A stretch of 64,000 bases of DNA, taken from positions 17,474-81,473 of the forward strand of contig JAHEKR010000008.1 of the NCBI GenBank assembly GCA_024638225.1. Reading direction: 5' to 3'. The notes beneath the pieces are model-generated. The model worked only from the letters and a program-made list of their open reading frames with translations. It did not search any database and had not been told where the DNA came from. Below, one piece after another: positions 39,922 to 50,242 of this stretch. A program made the position numbers and the translations under genes. Source of the DNA: Flavobacteriaceae bacterium (GTDB taxonomy: Bacteria; Bacteroidota; Bacteroidia; Flavobacteriales; Flavobacteriaceae). The first letter of the stretch is position 1. Every line of letters starts with the position of its first letter.

Positions 39922-41960
39922 TCTGTTTTAATGGATTTTACCAATCGCTTTTTCTCTTTTAACCGATCCAATCGATCTTGAATTTTCGCAATATCTTCTA
40001 AAACTTTTATCACAATTGGATTTTTATCTTGATTGGTTCCGAAGAATTGTAGATTGGTTTCCAGCTGAATAATCTCTTGTTTTAATTCATCCATTTGTCT
40101 GTTAATGGACCAAATTTCCTTCTTTATCCCTTCTTGGTTACCCTGCATAGTAGCTAACTTGTTTTGATAGCTCTTTTGAACGATTTCGTTCTTAGACATT
40201 CCAGAGGCTTTGTAAGCTTTTTCTACTATACGATTGCGTTCGTGTTCAATCTTAGCTTCTCGTCGTGGAACTGCACCAATGCTATTCCAACTGTTTATAA
40301 AGCCGTCGACATCGAGCGGAGCATCTTTTGTTTCTGCAGCTTCAATACTTTTCTTAAAGGTAGTCAACAAAGATTTCTTCCTTGATAGGTTTTCTTTTTC
40401 CTCTTCAAAGTTTTTGTTTTTTTGATTGTGCATCCCGTTGAAGTACTCGTCGCAGATAGCTCTAAATTCTTGCCAGACCTTATTGGTGTCTTTTCTGTGT
40501 GTTGGACCAATTTCTTTCCATTGCTTTTGTAGGGCAATTATTTTGGGCGTTGTTTCCGAAAAATTTTCACTGTCTTTTAATTTTTCAGCAGTTTCAATTA
40601 AGGCTCTTTTCTTGGCTAGATTTTGCGCAAAAGTCTTTTTAAGTGCTTTGTAATAGTGTGCGCGTTTTTTGTTGTAGGCACGCGAACATTTTTTAAACTC
40701 AGCCCATAAATCATCCCTTTTTTTGGACGGGACACGGCCAATTTCAAAGAAGGATTCCTTTAAACTTTCAAAGGTTTTGCTGAAGTTATGGATGTTTGTT
40801 TTTTCAGTAAACTCCTGAGTTAACAATTCATGCATTTGCGCAATCAGCGATTGTTTTTTAATCAAGTTTACCTCAAAAACTTCATCTTGATTTTTAAGAA
40901 AATATCTGCGCTTATCGTGAATGATTTTTGTTGCATTACTAAATCGTTCCCAGACCTCTTCGCTGTGTTCTTTATCAACGGGGCCCAACTCATCTTTCCA
41001 TTTTTTGTGAAGTGTTTGCAGCTGTCGAAATGCCTTAGAAATATCTTCCATACTCGCAAGCGCCTCGGCATGCTCGCATATTTTTAGTTTTTGCTCAAGA
41101 TTAAATTTAAAATCCAGTTCGCGTAAATCTCTGTTAAGATGTAAGAAATCATAAAATATTCCTACATGATGGTGATAAGTTTTCCATACATTATTGGCTT
41201 GCATGCGTGGTACTTGTCCCGTTTCTTTCCACCTTTTTTGTAAGTCTTTAAACTGTTTGTAGGTTTCTTTAATCTCTTGCTCAACATTAATCAGTCCTTT
41301 TAACTCTTCTATTAATTCGAGGCGTTGTGCTAGATTTTTTCTCTGTTGTTCTTCTTTGCTTTTGTAGTAGGTGCTTCGATCTGATTTATAACGGCGCACC
41401 AACTCTTGATAAGTTTTTTTAATGGGTGGATTAAAATAGAATGCATCAGGATTTTCTCCACTGGCAACAAAAGCTTCTTTTTTTTCTTGCGCCAACGCAC
41501 TCATTTTTTTATCAAAAACTTTCATGATCGATTCCACGACAGGCTTTGCGCTATGTATGGATTCTTTTTTTAATGTAGTACTGAAGTGTTCCACAAGCTC
41601 CTCTGGCTCCATGGCTTCCAGGTCTTCTGTTTTGAACGCTTCACTTTTTTCGCCCTTAAGTTTTATTTCAGTGGGTTTAGATTCCTCAACTTTCGTTTCT
41701 TCTTCGGGTTTTTTAGGCTCTTCTTCTTTTTTCTTTTCCTCAGCAATACTTGTTTGCTCGTCAGTAGCAGTAGCTACTTTTTCTACTTCCTTTTCTTTTG
41801 TCTTTTTTTTAGGGGATTTGACTGTTTTTTCCTCCGTAGGATTTAAGGCGTCATCAGCTGTTGTGTCTTCGCTTGTGGGCTTTTTATCAAGGTTAGAAGC
41901 ATTTTCGCTTGCGTTTTCTTCGTTTGCTTGTGGCAAATCGTTGTCGGTAATTTCCAACAT
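39918..41960 (-). CDS. DUF349 repeat protein with Lys/Glu-rich disordered N-terminus
   Basis: 680 aa. Repeated helical units of about 75 aa with W..F....F signatures (NVWKTYHHHVGIFYDF, EVWERFSNATKIIHDK, DLWAEFKKCSRAYNKK, KVWQEFRAICDEYFNG). The first ~110 aa are K/E/T-rich. Confidence 0.7.
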   Translation of the reverse strand: MLEITDNDLPQANEENASENASNLDKKPTSEDTTADDALNPTEEKTVKSPKKKTKEKEVEKVATATDEQTSIAEEKKKEEEPKKPEEETKVEESKPTEIKLKGEKSEAFKTEDLEAMEPEELVEHFSTTLKKESIHSAKPVVESIMKVFDKKMSALAQEKKEAFVASGENPDAFYFNPPIKKTYQELVRRYKSDRSTYYKSKEEQQRKNLAQRLELIEELKGLINVEQEIKETYKQFKDLQKRWKETGQVPRMQANNVWKTYHHHVGIFYDFLHLNRDLRELDFKFNLEQKLKICEHAEALASMEDISKAFRQLQTLHKKWKDELGPVDKEHSEEVWERFSNATKIIHDKRRYFLKNQDEVFEVNLIKKQSLIAQMHELLTQEFTEKTNIHNFSKTFESLKESFFEIGRVPSKKRDDLWAEFKKCSRAYNKKRAHYYKALKKTFAQNLAKKRALIETAEKLKDSENFSETTPKIIALQKQWKEIGPTHRKDTNKVWQEFRAICDEYFNGMHNQKNKNFEEEKENLSRKKSLLTTFKKSIEAAETKDAPLDVDGFINSWNSIGAVPRREAKIEHERNRIVEKAYKASGMSKNEIVQKSYQNKLATMQGNQEGIKKEIWSINRQMDELKQEIIQLETNLQFFGTNQDKNPIVIKVLEDIAKIQDRLDRLKEKKRLVKSIKTD

Positions 41961-42019
41961 AGTAAATGATTTAAATATCAGTTCGAATATACAATTTCTC
42001 GGAATGGCTCCAAAAAATA

Positions 42020-42766
42020 TTAGCTATTCCATAATTTCCAAGATGCTTCTGCCTGGCCCACAAGCATGGAAGCACCATTGGCCACTACAGCAGCGTGCTC
42101 TTTGCCTGCCCTCATAAAGGCTGTCATTTCAGGATTATAGATCAAATCAAATAAAATATGCTTTTTCCCAATTTTAGTGTAATCAATTGGCGGTTTTTTG
42201 TTCACGTCAGGAAAGGTCCCTAAAGGAGTGCAATTCACAATCAATGTATATTCCGTATAGTGTTGTGGGCCAAGCATCTCGTATGAAATGGCACTTTCAG
42301 ATGGCTGCCGTGATACATACTGTACCTGTATGCCCATTTTTTCCAGACAGTAAACGACAGCTTTTGAAGCGCCTCCCGTTCCTAAAACTAACGCTTTTTT
42401 AACTGATTCTCCGCACAAGGGTTCTATGCTCTCTTTAAATCCGATGTAGTCGGTATTATACCCTGTAGTACTTCCATCATCATCAAAAACAATAGTGTTC
42501 ACAGCGCCAATTTCTTTGGCAACAGGGTCAAGATGATCTAAATAGGGTATTACTTCTTGTTTGTATGGGATGGTCACGTTCATCCCTTTGATGCTTTCTT
42601 GTTTCAACAGTTTTGCAAAATCATTTAGATGCGGCAAATCAAAGTTTTCATAGGAACAATAATCTAGATTCTCTCTTTTGAACTTTTCTTTAAAATAAGT
42701 TCTAGAAAAGGAGTAATCAATGGCTTTACCCAAAAGACCAAAACGCTGTTTATTTTTTTCGCTCAT
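42020..42766 (-). CDS. aroE: Shikimate dehydrogenase
   Basis: NVTIPYK motif, GTGGASKAV Rossmann loop, 248 aa. Confidence 0.88.
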   Translation of the reverse strand: MSEKNKQRFGLLGKAIDYSFSRTYFKEKFKRENLDYCSYENFDLPHLNDFAKLLKQESIKGMNVTIPYKQEVIPYLDHLDPVAKEIGAVNTIVFDDDGSTTGYNTDYIGFKESIEPLCGESVKKALVLGTGGASKAVVYCLEKMGIQVQYVSRQPSESAISYEMLGPQHYTEYTLIVNCTPLGTFPDVNKKPPIDYTKIGKKHILFDLIYNPEMTAFMRAGKEHAAVVANGASMLVGQAEASWKLWNS

Positions 42767-43676
42767 AATAATCTAAAAGTAAAACTACGACCAATCCCAC
42801 AACACCCCAAAAAATCATCCAACCATACTGCTGCTGAGTGTATAGGATGGACTTGTCTTCAATTCTGTTTGTTGGCCAGAGAATAAATAGTGAGCCTACG
42901 ACAAAACCGAGAAGCACGGCTTGAAGTATGTCGTTTGCTCGTTCCTGAATTTTATGAATTATCGCAGATAAGCTGCTGATGCCCACCAAAGAGCCTGCGA
43001 GGAACACACCAAACAACAACGCATATTGACGATCACTAGCACTAATGGACATTTCATAAAAGGGACTTACCAGAAAACGGCCAAAAGCATTGACAGCATC
43101 AACAAGCAACAGTGAATAATTGCCCATTAGTATGAGAAGAAATGATCCAGAAAGCCCAGGCAGAGTCATCCCAATAATACTAACAACTCCACACAAAAAA
43201 ACATAACCAATTTTTGTATTTTCTTCCGATGGAGACAAAATGCTAAGTCCAACGCCAACAGCAAGCCCAATTAGGGCAAAGGCGATGGTTTTGGGATTCC
43301 AAGTCTTGTAATTTCGAAAAAGCAATAGGGCAGATGCCAGAACTAGTCCAAAAAACAGCGCCCATACATAGGCTGGATATGTAGTCAAAGCAACATCTAA
43401 AATAAGTGAAAGTGTAAAATAACTTACAATAACTCCTAGGAATAGGGTTAGCAAAAAACGTCCGTTGATGTATTGCCAAAATGTGCGTAGTCTTCCGCGG
43501 AAAAGAAGTGAAATAGCTTTAAAGTTTAAGCGTTGAAATGAAAAAATAAGTTCTTTGTAAAATCCAGTTACTACAGCTACAATACCGCCAGAAACACCAG
43601 GAATTTTGTTGGCAATACCCATCGCCACTCCTTTGAGAAGTAATAATCCGTAATCTGAAAGCGAACGATTATGCAT
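42750..43676 (-). CDS. DUF368 family membrane protein (PopT-type polyprenyl-phosphate transporter family), copy 2
   Basis: Internal duplicated signature IPGVSGGIVAVVTGFY / LPGLSGSFLLILMGNY. 308 aa, polytopic. Confidence 0.8.
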   Translation of the reverse strand: MHNRSLSDYGLLLLKGVAMGIANKIPGVSGGIVAVVTGFYKELIFSFQRLNFKAISLLFRGRLRTFWQYINGRFLLTLFLGVIVSYFTLSLILDVALTTYPAYVWALFFGLVLASALLLFRNYKTWNPKTIAFALIGLAVGVGLSILSPSEENTKIGYVFLCGVVSIIGMTLPGLSGSFLLILMGNYSLLLVDAVNAFGRFLVSPFYEMSISASDRQYALLFGVFLAGSLVGISSLSAIIHKIQERANDILQAVLLGFVVGSLFILWPTNRIEDKSILYTQQQYGWMIFWGVVGLVVVLLLDYYERKK

Positions 43677-44613
43677 TAGCGTTTCTTTTGCTCATTTTTT
43701 CTAAACTAAACAATATGAGTAACGCAAGTCCAAAACAGATGAGCGCTACTTCAAGCAATTGGCTTGGATTTCCAAATTGGGGCAGTATGGCTTTTGTAGT
43801 AAGCGGTTCCAAGACACCATCGCTGTTTTCGAAATAAGCTGTGACTAATTTCCATGGCCAAACTTTATACAACGATCCGATCAAAAAGCCGGTCATAGCT
43901 GCCAGTACAGTGTTTTTGTGGTAAGAAAACAGCCAATTCAATCCCCGAGAAAATAATTTTAACCCGATAAGTCCACCATTGGCCATTACCGCAAAAATGA
44001 GCAGTCCATCGGGATCTAAATGTTTAAGCTTTGATACGGTTTCTAAAGCGGTCTCATACGCTCCGAGAAGCACAAGAATAAAAGCGCCTGAAATTCCAGG
44101 AAGTATCATCGCTATCACAATCAGCATTCCACAAAAAAAGAGATAAAGTAGGCTTTCAGATCCGCTACTTGGTGCCAGTAACCCAACACCAAACGCTACA
44201 ATTATACCTACCACAAAGGCAGCATAAGTACCGATGTTCCAGTGCGTAATGGACCTTTTAAGTATAAAAGAACTACCGAGAATTAGCCCAAAAAAGAACG
44301 CCCAAAGGGGGATTGGGTAGGACTGGAGCAGCCATTCAATGATTCCACTAAGAAGTAAAATGCTTGTGCCAATTCCCAATGCAAGCGGAAGTAAAAAGCT
44401 TCCGTCTAAGGCCTTCCATGCTGCGCGCCTGTCCGGACCAAATAATTGTTTTATGTGTGAAAATGAAACATTGTCTATAGCTCGAATAAGTCGTTCATAT
44501 ATATGGGTAATTAAGGCAATTGTACCCCCAGAAACTCCAGGGATGATGTCAGCAGCACCCATGGTCAAGCCTTTAAGGTAAATGACAAAAATGTTTAGGT
44601 ATGATTTTCCCAT
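43669..44613 (-). CDS. DUF368 family membrane protein (PopT-type polyprenyl-phosphate transporter family), copy 1
   Basis: Signature IPGVSGGTIALITHIY / LPGISGAFILVLLGAY. 314 aa. Overlaps copy 2 by 8 nt. Confidence 0.8.
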   Translation of the reverse strand: MGKSYLNIFVIYLKGLTMGAADIIPGVSGGTIALITHIYERLIRAIDNVSFSHIKQLFGPDRRAAWKALDGSFLLPLALGIGTSILLLSGIIEWLLQSYPIPLWAFFFGLILGSSFILKRSITHWNIGTYAAFVVGIIVAFGVGLLAPSSGSESLLYLFFCGMLIVIAMILPGISGAFILVLLGAYETALETVSKLKHLDPDGLLIFAVMANGGLIGLKLFSRGLNWLFSYHKNTVLAAMTGFLIGSLYKVWPWKLVTAYFENSDGVLEPLTTKAILPQFGNPSQLLEVALICFGLALLILFSLEKMSKRNANA

Positions 44614-44644
44614 AGGACAAAACTACAATATACCGCTAAATCTG

Positions 44645-46030
44645 TTAGGAAAGCGAGAGCGTATTTTTCACTAATGGAGCAGTCCTAGAGGTTGGAAATG
44701 ATTCATAAAACACCTCTAAGTCATTTGGGTTGATGGCATATGCATTTTTGAGAAAAAATGATGCTTCATTTCCTTTAGCTTGCATCATGTAAAAGCCTGC
44801 CAACATATAATGAAGTCGGCTGTTGTCAGGGTGGAACTCTAGTCCTTGTAGTAGGGCTTGGATGCCTTTGTCGTATTCTTGCATTTCCAACAATACACTA
44901 GACCAGTCTAGCCAAGTTTGCACTTCGTAATTCCCAAGATTAACAAGCGATTCATAGCCACTATTTGCTTCTTCTAGTAACCCTAAAGCCTTATTTGCTT
45001 GCGCATAAAATCGCCAATAGCGAACATGTGTGTTATCTATCTTAACCGCTTTGCGAACATAGTGTAGTACCTTGGCGTAGGCATTTTTTTCCATGAAATA
45101 CGTACACAAAGCTATCCAGCTCTTGTCAAGCAAAGGATCCTCGTGTATGACTTTCTTTAGAAACTTCAGGCCGAGGGTTTCGTTCCCTAACTTTAAGTGA
45201 CATTCTCCAATTCGTAACAAAGCAAAAGCCGTTGGGTCATCTATTCCCAAGGTTATTTCGTAATGATTTATAGCTTCGTTGTAACGACCTAAGTGCTCGA
45301 GTGCCTTTCCTAGCTCAAGATAGGCACCAATAAACGCCTCATCACAAATAATGGCAAAGTCAAAAGCTGTAATGGCTTGATCATACATTTTTTTGGCTAT
45401 GTATTGTCTGCCCAACTGATGCCATGCAACTTCGTTATAGGGATCTTTGTTTAAAAACTCATTCATGTAGGCGATAGCGCCATCAATATCTTTTAATGAC
45501 TCAAAACAATATATGATGTTGTACAACGCATGATTATCGCGAATATCCTCCTCAAGACACTTAATGAAGTACTCTTTGGCCATAAAATAGTGGTCTAGGT
45601 ACAAGTATTCCATGGCCAAAAGAGAATAAAACTCATATTTGTCTGTAGCATAAGACAATCCTTTTTTGAGCGATTCAATTGCCTCCTCGTGAAGGTTTCT
45701 TTTTGACAAAATAACCGCCATATGTTGGTGCGCAAATTCATTAAATGGCTCCAACGAAAGTAAGTTTTCTAACAGCACAGCTGCTTCGTCGTAGATGTTT
45801 GTTAAAATATAGTATTCAACCAACAGCAATGTAAGCTCAGCGGATTCGGGATGTTGGCTTAGCCCTAACTCAATTGCTTTTTTGGCCATGCTTAAATTAG
45901 CTATTTCAATGTAGTACTGCCCAATTTCCTCAAACTCAGTCGCGTCGAAGAATTGAATCTCATTCGTTTTTAGCATGGACTCAAAACGAGAGACCGGTAA
46001 ATCGGAGTAATCACCAAATGAAAAATCCAT
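44645..46030 (-). CDS. Tetratricopeptide repeat protein
   Basis: 461 aa of consecutive TPR-like 34-aa units (A..YY..A, W..LG..Y, A...Y..AL patterns). No signal peptide is evident. Confidence 0.75.
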   Translation of the reverse strand: MDFSFGDYSDLPVSRFESMLKTNEIQFFDATEFEEIGQYYIEIANLSMAKKAIELGLSQHPESAELTLLLVEYYILTNIYDEAAVLLENLLSLEPFNEFAHQHMAVILSKRNLHEEAIESLKKGLSYATDKYEFYSLLAMEYLYLDHYFMAKEYFIKCLEEDIRDNHALYNIIYCFESLKDIDGAIAYMNEFLNKDPYNEVAWHQLGRQYIAKKMYDQAITAFDFAIICDEAFIGAYLELGKALEHLGRYNEAINHYEITLGIDDPTAFALLRIGECHLKLGNETLGLKFLKKVIHEDPLLDKSWIALCTYFMEKNAYAKVLHYVRKAVKIDNTHVRYWRFYAQANKALGLLEEANSGYESLVNLGNYEVQTWLDWSSVLLEMQEYDKGIQALLQGLEFHPDNSRLHYMLAGFYMMQAKGNEASFFLKNAYAINPNDLEVFYESFPTSRTAPLVKNTLSLS

Positions 46031-46107
46031 ATACTGGTTTATAATATAAAGCTAATCAAGAGTTGTTTGCTTTTTGGATAAAGTTGATGCACTTGTCAAC
46101 AAAATAA

Positions 46108-47298
46108 TTAACAGCTAGCTTCATCCAATATATTGCGAATAATCTTACAGGCCTTTTTGAGCTGTTTTTCACTAATAGTTAAGGCAGGTGTTATGCGTAC
46201 AGCTTTTGGTTCAAAAAGTAAAAAAAACAGAAGTAAACCTTTTTTAAGTGCCTCTTTAACAAGGTTTTGTGCAGTGTTTGCATCCTCCATTATAAGCGCT
46301 ATCATCAAACCTTTTCCTCTGATTTCCTTAATTTTTGGATGGACCAATAATGTGCGAATAAGTGCCTCTTTTTTGGTAGTTTGCTCGATTAATTTACTAG
46401 ATAAAATAGTGTTTAATGTAGCTCTGCATGCCGCAGCAATCACTGGATGTCCGCCAAAAGTAGTGATGTGCCCAAGCGCTGGAGCTTCTTTGAGCGTAGC
46501 CATATGGTGCTGTGCAGCTACAAATGCACCTACAGGCATTCCTCCTCCAAGTCCTTTTCCAATGACCAATACGTCCGGTACTATGTTGTGGTCCATAAAG
46601 GCAAATAGCTTGCCAGTGCGTCCAATTCCAGGTTGGATTTCATCCAAAATCAGCAAAGCACCTACCTCTTCACAGCGTTTTTTTACTTGTTTTAAGTAGT
46701 TGTTTTCTGGTTGTAAAAACCCAGCTCCTCCTTGAATGGTTTCCAATATTACACCCGCTGTTTGTTGGGTTATGTGTTCTAAAGCCTTAGGCTCATTAAA
46801 AGGGATAAAGCGTGTTCCTGGAATTAGAGGACGGTATGCGCTTTTTCTTGGCTCATAGCCCATAACACTCATGGCCCCCATGGTATTGCCGTGATAGGCA
46901 TCTTTGGCAGCGATAATTTCGGCACGTCCTGTTACTCTTTTGGCTAATTTGATAGCCCCTTCTATAGCTTCGGTTCCCGAATTAGTCAGGTAGGTGGTGT
47001 CGAGTGGGTCGGGTAAATGGTCAGCCAACAGGGCGCTGAGTAAGACGGGTTCCTTTTGAACAAACTCTCCGTATACCATTACATGCAGATATTTACCTAA
47101 CTGCTTTCGTATGGCGCGTACAACCTTGGGGTGTCTGTGCCCTAGGCTGCAAGCCGATACGCCAGCAACCAAATCCAAGTATCTTTTATTGTTTTGATCA
47201 TAGAGGTAGCACCCTTTTGCACGCTTTATTGTCAGCCCCATTGGATAGGGTGTCGTCTGCGCTTGATGAAGCTTAAAAAACTGATTTAACTGATTCAT
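46108..47298 (-). CDS. Class III (acetylornithine/ornithine-type) PLP aminotransferase family protein
   Basis: Motifs NSGTEAIEGAIKLA, ILDEIQPGIGRTGK and TFGGHPV. The track start 47313 is a TTG overlapping the upstream gene; ATG at 47298 is preferred. Confidence 0.8.
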   Translation of the reverse strand: MNQLNQFFKLHQAQTTPYPMGLTIKRAKGCYLYDQNNKRYLDLVAGVSACSLGHRHPKVVRAIRKQLGKYLHVMVYGEFVQKEPVLLSALLADHLPDPLDTTYLTNSGTEAIEGAIKLAKRVTGRAEIIAAKDAYHGNTMGAMSVMGYEPRKSAYRPLIPGTRFIPFNEPKALEHITQQTAGVILETIQGGAGFLQPENNYLKQVKKRCEEVGALLILDEIQPGIGRTGKLFAFMDHNIVPDVLVIGKGLGGGMPVGAFVAAQHHMATLKEAPALGHITTFGGHPVIAAACRATLNTILSSKLIEQTTKKEALIRTLLVHPKIKEIRGKGLMIALIMEDANTAQNLVKEALKKGLLLFFLLFEPKAVRITPALTISEKQLKKACKIIRNILDEASC

Positions 47299-47302
47299 AG
47301 CG

Positions 47303-48946
47303 CTATTGAACAAATCGTTCTAATTGTGGCAAAAGGGATGGAGGCTTTAGTTTAATAAAGGGGTCTAGATCTACAGCATCAAACAAATCTTCTTTGCTGT
47401 ACAAACGCTCGTCTTCTCGCCAATTAAAGCCAAGCAATTGCCGTGCATTGGGTGGTAAATCGTCTTCTGGGTATACTACTACATCTGGATTTGTAAAGAA
47501 GGTTACTTTATCGATTGCGCTAGCTTCAAAGTCAATACGTATAGCACTGCAGATGGCTTTATCAATGCCAATAAGATCTAGTGTTTCATCATCATATAGA
47601 TAATAAAGCATCTCCGTATTTTGCCTTATATGTACTGTCTTCAGCGTTCGCCCGTCAAACTTTCCCCTAAGTTGCAAGCCTTTTACTTGATTAAAGTTTA
47701 CCTCGTTCAGTGTATCTTTTTCAATGATAAAGGCATTGTTGTAAATCATCAACGAATCCAAAACTTCTTTTTCAGTGTCGATTGTAAGGTGGATTTCGTC
47801 TCCTGTCATCTGACTTTTGCTCGACCAAAGAATTGGATTCTTGGCCGCAATTTCTTGTGGAGTTAGAAATTGAATTTCTCGTTCACTAATGGGCCGACGA
47901 ATCAGTTTGGCGCGACCTGTTTTTTGATTAAAATGAATGGAGTCTGTTTTTCCACTAAGATCTCGTTTAAAGATCCGGGCATCGTAAAAACCTCTTATGA
48001 TTCGGGCTTCGGGAGGTCCCGTAGCAATTAGTGTATCCGCATGGATATACAAAGAATCCTTTTCAACAAGATTGATGGCAACCGCACGATGGGTTACCAT
48101 AGCAGAGTCTTTAGCTTTAAATACCTCGCCGTAATTTCCTTCAATAAATGAGTTGTTAATGGTGTCGGTAATGCGAATATTTTGCGTTGCTGCAGCGTAT
48201 TGTTTGGCATCGTTAAAGTAAATGCTGTCCCCAATGATATTCCGGTTGTTGTAATCAATGGACGCCTTTTTTTTAAAATACCCCACTTTTTCGTTTGTGT
48301 TGTAAAATCCTTGACGGCAATTCACTAAATAATCTTCTCCAACAATAGTGGTTGGACCATAAAAAAAAGCATGTTTTGAATCCGTGTAAAAATCCATTCT
48401 TGCGGAAGTCAGTGTAAAGTCAGGGTGAGTAATGACTACTTCTTGTTCAAATACATATTTTTTATTATCTGAAAGATAGGTTCCGCGTTTGCTTTCAATG
48501 GTGGTAAGGCTGTCATAAACGATTCCTTTAGCTGGATAGAAACCTTTGTTATTGGTTCGGTCAAAATAGAGCGTATCCGTTTCCAGTATCATATCTTTAT
48601 TATCAAGATACACCTTCTCTTTTGCCACTGCCACTTTAGTCTTTCCGTCGTAGCTTACTTTTTTTCCAGTTAATAATAAGCTATCGCCCTGCTGTATGTG
48701 AACGTTACCCAAGGCATCAAAACGATTTTCTTTTTTATAGAAAAAAGCCTTGTCTGCCCAGACATCCATTCCTTCATGCACAAGATATACTTGCTCAGTA
48801 GCGCTACGCGTTAAGATATTGGCTCCGGGAAAGTTTTCTTGGTCTAACTGGAAAGAGCCTGCTCGCCGAATCTCAATTTCTTTTTCTTGCGCCCAAGCAG
48901 TACAAGTAATCAGTAAAAGAACCCAAGAATACCAAGCAGTCTTCAT
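47303..48946 (-). CDS. OstA/LptA-like domain protein (secreted)
   Basis: Signal peptide MKTAWYSWVLLLITCTAWAQ. Repeated OstA-like beta-jellyroll patterns (ADKAFFYKKENRFDALGNVHIQQGD...). 547 aa. Confidence 0.6.
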   Translation of the reverse strand: MKTAWYSWVLLLITCTAWAQEKEIEIRRAGSFQLDQENFPGANILTRSATEQVYLVHEGMDVWADKAFFYKKENRFDALGNVHIQQGDSLLLTGKKVSYDGKTKVAVAKEKVYLDNKDMILETDTLYFDRTNNKGFYPAKGIVYDSLTTIESKRGTYLSDNKKYVFEQEVVITHPDFTLTSARMDFYTDSKHAFFYGPTTIVGEDYLVNCRQGFYNTNEKVGYFKKKASIDYNNRNIIGDSIYFNDAKQYAAATQNIRITDTINNSFIEGNYGEVFKAKDSAMVTHRAVAINLVEKDSLYIHADTLIATGPPEARIIRGFYDARIFKRDLSGKTDSIHFNQKTGRAKLIRRPISEREIQFLTPQEIAAKNPILWSSKSQMTGDEIHLTIDTEKEVLDSLMIYNNAFIIEKDTLNEVNFNQVKGLQLRGKFDGRTLKTVHIRQNTEMLYYLYDDETLDLIGIDKAICSAIRIDFEASAIDKVTFFTNPDVVVYPEDDLPPNARQLLGFNWREDERLYSKEDLFDAVDLDPFIKLKPPSLLPQLERFVQ

Positions 48947-48952
48947 GGCTTT

Positions 48953-50236
48953 TTATTCAGTGGTACGAAAAATGGTTTGGCTTCGATCGGGCCCGACGGA
49001 TACTATTTTGATAGGCACTTGTACAAAGTCTTCAATAAATGCTATGTATTTTTGCAAGGAATCAGGCAATTCACCAGCATCACGCATGATGGTTAGGTCT
49101 TCTTCCCAACCAGAAAATGAGTTATAAATTGGCTTTAGCTCATCAGCATTTAGCGAATAGGGGAGATGCTCGATTGTTTTTCCTCTGTAGTTGTAAGCTG
49201 TACATACCTTGAGTTCATCAAATCCAGAAAGCACATCTCCTTTCATCATCATGAGTTGGGTTACCCCATTTATTTCTACGGCATAGCGCAAGGCGACTAG
49301 ATCCAACCAGCCACATCTACGGGCTCTACCTGTAGTGGCGCCAAATTCATGCCCTACACGCCCCATGGTTTCGCCTATTTCGTCGAAAAGCTCAGTAGGA
49401 AATGGTCCGCTGCCCACGCGTGTGGTGTAAGCCTTAAAAATCCCGTATACTTCCCCAATTTTATTTGGCGCTACTCCTAAACCTGTACATGCACCAGCAG
49501 CAGTAGTGTTAGATGAGGTCACAAAGGGATAAGTGCCAAAATCGATATCCAACAATGAACCCTGTGCTCCTTCAGCCAAGATTCGCTCTTCGCTTTTTTG
49601 GGCTTGGCTAAGGAATTCTTCACTGTCGATAAAGGCTATGGTTTGTTTCATGTGCGCTACTGCTGCAAAAAAATTCTCCTCTAGCTGATCGATATCAAAA
49701 TCTAAATCGACTTTCATATTTCCAATCATAGCTAGGTGTTTGTTTCGAAGTGCACTGTATGTTTTTTTCCATTTTGGCAATTCAATGTCCCCAACGCGTA
49801 TCCCGTTTCGACCAGTCTTGTCCATATAAGTTGGTCCAATTCCCTTTAAGGTCGAACCAATTTTTGCTTTTCCTTTTGCCAGTTCAGAAGCTGCATCCAG
49901 CAAGCGGTGTGTGGGCAAAATGAGGTGTGCTTTGCGCGAGATGAGCAACGAACGTTTTATGTCAATGTTAAATGGAGCTAAATTATCCAGCTCTTGTTTA
50001 AAAATCACGGGGTCGATGACCACGCCATTACCAATAAGGTTAGTGGCCTGTGGATGAAAAATTCCTGAGGGAATGGTGTGTAAAACGTGTTTAATCCCTT
50101 CAAATTCGAGGGTGTGTCCTGCATTGGGTCCGCCTTGGAATCGCGCAATAATGTCGTACTTTTTGGTCAGTACATCTACAATTTTGCCTTTTCCTTCGTC
50201 GCCCCATTGTAAGCCTAGGAGTAAGTCAATGGCCAT
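48953..50236 (-). CDS. purA: Adenylosuccinate synthase
   Basis: QWGDEGKGK P-loop, GIGPTY and TTGRARRCGWLD motifs. 427 aa. Confidence 0.96.
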   Translation of the reverse strand: MAIDLLLGLQWGDEGKGKIVDVLTKKYDIIARFQGGPNAGHTLEFEGIKHVLHTIPSGIFHPQATNLIGNGVVIDPVIFKQELDNLAPFNIDIKRSLLISRKAHLILPTHRLLDAASELAKGKAKIGSTLKGIGPTYMDKTGRNGIRVGDIELPKWKKTYSALRNKHLAMIGNMKVDLDFDIDQLEENFFAAVAHMKQTIAFIDSEEFLSQAQKSEERILAEGAQGSLLDIDFGTYPFVTSSNTTAAGACTGLGVAPNKIGEVYGIFKAYTTRVGSGPFPTELFDEIGETMGRVGHEFGATTGRARRCGWLDLVALRYAVEINGVTQLMMMKGDVLSGFDELKVCTAYNYRGKTIEHLPYSLNADELKPIYNSFSGWEEDLTIMRDAGELPDSLQKYIAFIEDFVQVPIKIVSVGPDRSQTIFRTTE

Positions 50237-50242
50237 GAATAT

